Shown one piece after another: positions 8,169 through 13,077 of a stretch of 13,077 bases of DNA (positions within the stretch are counted from its first letter, which is position 1; each line of letters opens with the position of its first letter). Made by a program: the position numbers and the translations under genes. The notes beneath the pieces were generated by a model that was not told the origin of the DNA, did not search any database, and saw only the letters and a list, made by a program, of their open reading frames with translations. This stretch comes from a bacterium (GTDB lineage Bacteria > Hinthialibacterota > Hinthialibacteria > Hinthialibacterales > Hinthialibacteraceae). The DNA lies in assembly GCA_041946805.1 (NCBI GenBank), contig JBHGBC010000169.1, positions 1-13,077 of the forward strand, in the 5' to 3' direction.

Positions 8169-8677
8169 CCGCGGAAGACATCTCCCGCACCATCCAACGC
8201 ATGGCCTATCAAATCTGGGAAAGCAACGCGGGCGGGGAGTTGGCGCTCGTCGGCCTCCGCAGCCGGGGCGCGACCCTGGCCCGGCGGCTGCAGCCCTACA
8301 TCGAGCGGATGGCCGGGAAACCCATCCCCCTGGGGATCCTCGACATCGGCCTGTACCGCGACGACATCGGCCACACGCCGGTCGCCCCCGAAGTGCGCAG
8401 CACCGAGATTCCCTTCGATGTCGACAAGCGCCACATCGTCCTGGTCGACGATGTCCTCTACACCGGCCGGACCGTGCGCGCGGCCCTCAACGCCCTGATG
8501 GACCTGGGACGGCCCAACCGGGTCGAACTGCTGGTGCTCATCGACCGCGGCCACCGGGAACTGCCGATCCAAGCAAACTATGTCGGCAAGGACGTGAAAA
8601 CCTACGCCAACGAAAAAGTCATCGTCGTCCTCCAGGATGACGATGGGGAAGAGGGTGTCTATATCGTTCCCGAATGA
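8132..8677 (+). CDS. pyrR: Bifunctional pyr operon regulator / uracil phosphoribosyltransferase PyrR
   Basis: Motifs [13 protein letters not shown]-binding [17 protein letters not shown] and [16 protein letters not shown]. An alternative start at ATG 8165 overlaps the rluD stop (ATGA). Confidence 0.95.
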   Translation: MPGNEFQRRLVMTAEDISRTIQRMAYQIWESNAGGELALVGLRSRGATLARRLQPYIERMAGKPIPLGILDIGLYRDDIGHTPVAPEVRSTEIPFDVDKRHIVLVDDVLYTGRTVRAALNALMDLGRPNRVELLVLIDRGHRELPIQANYVGKDVKTYANEKVIVVLQDDDGEEGVYIVPE

Positions 8678-9690
8678 CCGGAACGCGGAGGAATGGAACC
8701 AACTCCATGAACGACACAGCCAAACGCGTATGGCGCAAAAAAGACTGCCTGGGGTTGCGGGGCGTTTCCCGTGATGAGATCGAACTGGTGCTGGACACCG
8801 CCCGCTCCATGAAGGAGATCCAGGCCCGCACCGTCAAAAAGGTCCCCACTCTCCGGGGCAAGGTAGTCATCAATCTCTTCTACGAACCCAGCACCCGGAC
8901 CCGCACCTCGTTCGAAATCGCCGCCATGCGCCTCAGCGCCGACGTCCTCAACATCTCCACCTCCCAGAGCAGCGTGGTCAAGGGCGAGAGCCTGCTCGAC
9001 ACCGCCCACAACCTGCGCGTCATGGGCGCGGACGTCATCGTCATGCGCAACAACCTTTCCGGCGCGGCCCACCACCTCGCCCGCAACATCAACATCCCCG
9101 TCATCAACGCGGGCGACGGCACCAACGAGCACCCCACCCAGGCCCTGCTGGACATGTTTACCATCCGCGAACACAAGGGCCGCATCGAGGGCCTGACCGT
9201 GGCCATCGTGGGCGACATCCTCCACGGCCGCGTCGCCCATTCCAACATGTGGGGCCTGTTGACCCTCGGCGCCAAGGTCCGTTTCGTCGGACCGCCCACC
9301 CTCATCCCCAGCCAAGTGCGCGGCATGGGCGTCGAGGTATTTCATGATATGGATGAGGGCATCGAGGGCGTGGATGTCATCAACATGCTGCGTATCCAGC
9401 GGGAGCGGATGTCCAGCAACTTTTTCCCCAGCCTCAAGGAATACAACCGGCTCTACGGCCTGACCCTGGAGCGGCTCAAGCGCGCCAAGCCGGGCATCCT
9501 GGTGATGCACCCCGGCCCCATGAACCGCGGCGTGGAGATCATGTCCGATGTGGCGGACAGCAAAAATTCCGTCATCCTCGAACAGGTCACCAACGGTATC
9601 GCCGTGCGGATGGCCCTCTTGTATCTGCTCGTCAGCGGCGAACGGGAACTCGAAGACACCCCCAAAGACGCCACCATGAGCTTGTTTTGA
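8674..9690 (+). CDS. pyrB: Aspartate carbamoyltransferase catalytic subunit
   Basis: Motifs [54 protein letters not shown] and [11 protein letters not shown]. The start is either 8674 (ATGA overlap with pyrR) or 8707. Confidence 0.97.
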   Translation: MTGTRRNGTNSMNDTAKRVWRKKDCLGLRGVSRDEIELVLDTARSMKEIQARTVKKVPTLRGKVVINLFYEPSTRTRTSFEIAAMRLSADVLNISTSQSSVVKGESLLDTAHNLRVMGADVIVMRNNLSGAAHHLARNINIPVINAGDGTNEHPTQALLDMFTIREHKGRIEGLTVAIVGDILHGRVAHSNMWGLLTLGAKVRFVGPPTLIPSQVRGMGVEVFHDMDEGIEGVDVINMLRIQRERMSSNFFPSLKEYNRLYGLTLERLKRAKPGILVMHPGPMNRGVEIMSDVADSKNSVILEQVTNGIAVRMALLYLLVSGERELEDTPKDATMSLF

Positions 9691-9703
9691 AGAGACCGCG
9701 AAC

Positions 9704-10996
9704 ATGAAAACACTCATCAAACACGCCCGTTTGCTGAATCCCGCCGCCCGCGAGGACCGGACCGCCGATCTGCTCATCGAAGGCTCAACCATCGCCGCCA
9801 TCGAACCTTCCCTCTCCTGTCCGGAAGCCGAGATCATCGCGGCGGACGGCCTGTGGCTGCTGCCCGGCCTCATCGATCTGCATGTTCATCTGCGCGAACC
9901 GGGCTTCGAAGGGCGGGAAACCATCGCCACCGGCACCAAGGCCGCCGCCGCCGGGGGGATCACCTCCCTGGTGTGCATGGGCGATACCAATCCCCCGGTC
10001 GACAACAAAACCGGCGTCGAGTTCATCCTGGAACGCGCCGCCCAAACCGGCTGGGTCCGCGTCTATCCCTGCGGGACTCTCACCAAGAACATGGAAGGCA
10101 AAGAAATCGCCCCCATCGGCGAGATGGTGGAAGCCGGCGCGGTGGCCATCACCGACGACGCCAAAAGCATCATGGATTCCCAGGTCATGCTGCGCGGCCT
10201 GCAATACTCCACCATCTTCGGCGTCCCCATCATTTCGCACGCCGAGGACACTATTCTGGTGGACAACAACTGCGGGACCGACGGACGCATGTCCATCAAA
10301 CTGGGCCTCATCCCCGTTCCCCGCGAGGCCGAAAGCGCCATGGTGGCCCGCGACTTGCTCCTGGCCAAAAGCACCGGCGCGCATGTCCACATCGCCCACA
10401 TCAGCACGGCCGATTCCGTCGATCTGCTCCGCTTCTACAAAAAGAAAGGTGTGAAGGCCACCGGCGAGACCACCCCCCATTTCCTGGTCCTGACCGAGGA
10501 TGCCACCGAGGATTTCAACACCAACGCCAAAACCAATCCGCCGCTGCGCACGCAAGAAGACCAGGACGCCCTCTACGAGGGACTGCGCGACGGGACCATC
10601 GACTGCATCGCCACCGACCACTCGCCCTGCAGCACGCTCGAGAAAAACCAGGAGTACCCCATCGCCCCCGCCGGCGTCATCGGCCTGGAAACCCTGTTGC
10701 CGCTGCTCATGAATCCCATTCGCGAACGCTCCGGCCTGGATCTGCTATCCCTGCTCCGGCTGGTCACCTGCCAGCCGGCCCAGGTTATGGACCTCAAGGG
10801 AGGACGCCTCGCTCCCGGCGAACCGGCCGATCTGGTCCTCTGGAATCCCGAGCCCCGTTGGACGATCGACAAGGAAAAATTCTTCTCCAAGTCCCGCAAC
10901 ACCCCCTTCGACGGGTGGGAGATCCAGGGACAGGTCGCCGCCACCTACGCCGCCGGCCGGCTCGTCTATTCGCGCGATGAATTCCCGCCCGCCTGA
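9704..10996 (+). CDS. pyrC: Dihydroorotase-like protein (multifunctional-complex/long type); catalytic activity uncertain
   Basis: Motifs PGLIDLHVHLREPG, AAAAGG, TDD, SHAED, HIAHIST, PHF, KTNPPLR, ATDH, GLET and SKSRNTPF. It lies directly after pyrB. MGDT and DHSPC are atypical (see findings). Confidence 0.88.
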   Translation: MKTLIKHARLLNPAAREDRTADLLIEGSTIAAIEPSLSCPEAEIIAADGLWLLPGLIDLHVHLREPGFEGRETIATGTKAAAAGGITSLVCMGDTNPPVDNKTGVEFILERAAQTGWVRVYPCGTLTKNMEGKEIAPIGEMVEAGAVAITDDAKSIMDSQVMLRGLQYSTIFGVPIISHAEDTILVDNNCGTDGRMSIKLGLIPVPREAESAMVARDLLLAKSTGAHVHIAHISTADSVDLLRFYKKKGVKATGETTPHFLVLTEDATEDFNTNAKTNPPLRTQEDQDALYEGLRDGTIDCIATDHSPCSTLEKNQEYPIAPAGVIGLETLLPLLMNPIRERSGLDLLSLLRLVTCQPAQVMDLKGGRLAPGEPADLVLWNPEPRWTIDKEKFFSKSRNTPFDGWEIQGQVAATYAAGRLVYSRDEFPPA

Positions 10997-11047
10997 TTTT
11001 ATAGCATTCCTTATAATCAAGGCCGTATGCGAGAGCCACCCGCCGAT

Positions 11048-11085
11048 TCCCTCTCCCTCCGGGAGAGGGCCAGGGTGAGGGAAAT
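11048..11085 (+). repeat. REP-like palindromic repeat, copy 4
   Basis: TCCCTCTCCC-TCC-GGGAGAGGG-CCAGGGTGAGGGAAAT, with a perfect 9-bp stem. Confidence 0.88.
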
Positions 11086-11100
11086 CCTATCCATGGCGCG

Positions 11101-11137
11101 ATTCACCTCCGAACCTCTACCTCCCAGAAGGGGGAGG
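11101..11137 (-). repeat. Degenerate inverted partner of REP-like copy 4
   Basis: ATTCACCTCCGAACCTCTACCTCCC-AGAAGG-GGGAGG: a TCACC tail followed by a CCTCCC/GGGAGG hairpin, oriented tail-to-tail with copy 4. Confidence 0.5.
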
Positions 11138-11186
11138 AAGAAACTTAAAACGGCTTCCTGTTTAAAAAACGTTCACGAATAACCGC

Positions 11187-12302
11187 ATGGCCAAACGGAT
11201 GACCATTCTACCTGAACCCCCCTCCGCCCGCCGGTTTCCCTGGTATTTCCCCCTCCTCGGCTTGCTGCTCTCCGTGGCGGTGGCGTTGCTGTTCGGTGAA
11301 GCCGTCTGCCGCGTGGCCGGACTGGGACACCCCAACCTCACCCAGACCGGCCCCAAACGGCTGTACGTGCCCGATCCCGATCCCCAGATCGCCTTCCGCC
11401 TGCGCCCCGGCTACCAGGATTTCGTCTATGGCGCGCCCGTTGCCATCAACGCCCAAGGCCTGCGGGACCAAGAGTACCCCTTCGAAAAATCATCCAACCA
11501 AAAGCGGATTCTCGTCCTCGGCGATTCCGTCGCGTTCGGGTACGGCGTTTCCGCGCAGGACACTTTCGCTAAACAGTGGGAAATAATCTTGCGTTCGGAT
11601 TCCGGCGCCTCCTGGCAAATCATCAACGCGGGCGTGCCCGGTTACACCACGGTCCAGGAGGTCCGCTGGTTCGAAGTGGAAGGCCTGCGCTACCATCCCG
11701 ACGCGGTGATCCTCACCTACGTCATGAACGATCCCGAGGAGGTCCATTTCCTGGACGCCAACGGGCAGATCGCGCCCCTGCCCGCCGATGAGTTCTACCG
11801 CGCGATCTCTGATTTATTGCCCCAGCCGGTTCTGCCTCTTACTCATTATTCATATCTTCTGAAATTTCTCGACCGCTGGTTTCAATACGCCCATCCCCGC
11901 TGGCATGACATTCATGACCGCCTCACCCGCTATTTCGCCCAGGATATTTTCAACCAACCCGGATGGCCCCGGTGCCAGGAAGCCATGCTGCGTCTTCAAA
12001 AAGTCAGCCGGGAACAAGGGATCGTTCTTCTGGTGGCGATCTACCCCACCATGTACCGCCTGCACAGCGTGGAGGAACATCCCTTCACCCCCCATTATCA
12101 GAAGATCCTGACATTTTTGGACGAAAATGGGATTCCCGCCCTGCTCCCGCTTCCGGATTTCATCGGCCAGTCCGTGGACGCCATGCGCGCCTATGTGGAC
12201 GATCCCCACCCCAGCCGCAAAAGCCATAAAATCTTCACCCAGAGCCTCCACCGTGAAATGCGGCGCGCGTGGATGGATTATCCAAAGGAAATCCCCGGCT
12301 GA
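11187..12302 (+). CDS. SGNH/GDSL hydrolase family protein with an N-terminal membrane anchor
   Basis: Hydrophobic segment FPLLGLLLSVAVALLFGE, then INAQGLRD, block I LVLGDSVAFG, block II INAGVPGY, block III YVMND and block V DDPH (DxxH). Confidence 0.85.
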   Translation: MAKRMTILPEPPSARRFPWYFPLLGLLLSVAVALLFGEAVCRVAGLGHPNLTQTGPKRLYVPDPDPQIAFRLRPGYQDFVYGAPVAINAQGLRDQEYPFEKSSNQKRILVLGDSVAFGYGVSAQDTFAKQWEIILRSDSGASWQIINAGVPGYTTVQEVRWFEVEGLRYHPDAVILTYVMNDPEEVHFLDANGQIAPLPADEFYRAISDLLPQPVLPLTHYSYLLKFLDRWFQYAHPRWHDIHDRLTRYFAQDIFNQPGWPRCQEAMLRLQKVSREQGIVLLVAIYPTMYRLHSVEEHPFTPHYQKILTFLDENGIPALLPLPDFIGQSVDAMRAYVDDPHPSRKSHKIFTQSLHREMRRAWMDYPKEIPG

Positions 12303-12330
12303 CCGGGGATTGAAGGGACTACATTCCATG

Positions 12331-12354
12331 AAAAAACGGAGGGATTCCCTCGTA
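12331..12354 (-). terminator. Putative intrinsic terminator of the prepilin gene
   Basis: Minus strand reads ACGAGGG-AAT-CCCTCCG followed by TTTTTT, about 14 nt after the stop at 12368. Confidence 0.5.
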
Positions 12355-12367
12355 CCGCTCCGCCGCC

Positions 12368-12952
12368 TTATGGCCCGTACCGCACGATGTTCCCCGCGCT
12401 TTTGATCCCATTGCTGATGTCGTAACTGATATACTCACCTGCCTTGGGATGCCCCGCCGGATACACCAGGTTGCCGATCCAGGATTGCGCCGGGCCGAAG
12501 CCGCGCAACTGCCATTCGTACCGGCCCGCGGGAAAAGCGGTCGTCGCATTCCAGTAATTCGCGGTCCTCTGATTGCCGTTGGCCGCCAACCGCGTCCAGT
12601 AATCGTAATTCCCATACCGGTTGCTGCTGTCTTTGGGTCCGGAGGAAGTATCCAAGGGATTGGTGTTGAACGGATCCAGGGGAATCGAGGACATGTACGA
12701 TACCGGTGTGGTCAAGGGCCGGTAGCGCTCATCCATCCACGACGGCGGAAAAATCGGCGGGTAGTTGTTACGGTCCAACCGGTAGGTTTCCATGGCGGTG
12801 GCGAGGGCCTTCATGTCCGCTTGCACCCGCGCCACTTTCGCCCGGATCTGGGCGTTCAAGAAATTCGGCACGGCAATGGCCGCCAAGATCCCGATGATGG
12901 CCACCACGATCAACAATTCGATCAGAGTGAAACCTCTTGATGATCCCGGCAT
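12368..12952 (-). CDS. Prepilin-type N-terminal cleavage/methylation domain protein (type IV pilin / T2SS pseudopilin G-like)
   Basis: Class III signal peptide [28 protein letters not shown] (Gly-1, Phe1, Glu5), an amphipathic helix [26 protein letters not shown], and LTTPVSY..P.DPF. An AAAGGG SD-like sequence lies 8 nt before ATG 12952. Confidence 0.92.
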   Translation of the reverse strand: MPGSSRGFTLIELLIVVAIIGILAAIAVPNFLNAQIRAKVARVQADMKALATAMETYRLDRNNYPPIFPPSWMDERYRPLTTPVSYMSSIPLDPFNTNPLDTSSGPKDSSNRYGNYDYWTRLAANGNQRTANYWNATTAFPAGRYEWQLRGFGPAQSWIGNLVYPAGHPKAGEYISYDISNGIKSAGNIVRYGP

Positions 12953-13077
12953 TCTCACTTCCCTTTCTTGCGGAACTCATCTCCAAGACGAGCATGATTT
13001 TGAGAAGCATGATTCAAAGTTCCTTGACATTCAAGGAGATATGTCATTTTTTCATGAAACGGCGTTCCTCCACAAGG

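Noticed and set aside
8659..10980. Long ORFs overlapping pyrB/pyrC (404, 278 and 375 aa)
   Set aside because: They are expected from strong GC3 codon bias and show no recognisable domains.
13024..13052. Perfect TTGACA as a plus-strand -35 box
   Set aside because: There is no convincing -10 hexamer at 16-18 nt spacing, and the downstream gene is not visible.

Overview
This is a GC-rich bacterial chromosomal window made up mostly of housekeeping genes. The minus strand carries cysK, a 6-phosphofructokinase, a FapA/DUF342-like protein and glgC. The plus strand carries an operon-like run of an RluA-family pseudouridine synthase, pyrR, pyrB and a pyrC-like gene, then a membrane-anchored SGNH hydrolase. 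A convergent prepilin-type (N-methylphenylalanine) gene ends the window, and an unidentified ORF enters from the left edge. No rRNA, tRNA, CRISPR array or transposase was recognised. Two signals stand out. (1) A dispersed family of ~35-bp REP-like intergenic repeats (CCCTCTCCC-N3-GGGAGAGGG-CCAGGGTGAGGG) has four clear copies and one degenerate copy; two copies bracket an AT-rich, internally palindromic core, and the most conserved segment is a canonical G-quadruplex motif. (2) The PyrC keeps its apparent metal ligands but has lost two canonical substrate-binding residues. All assignments are from motif recognition by eye; no searches were run.
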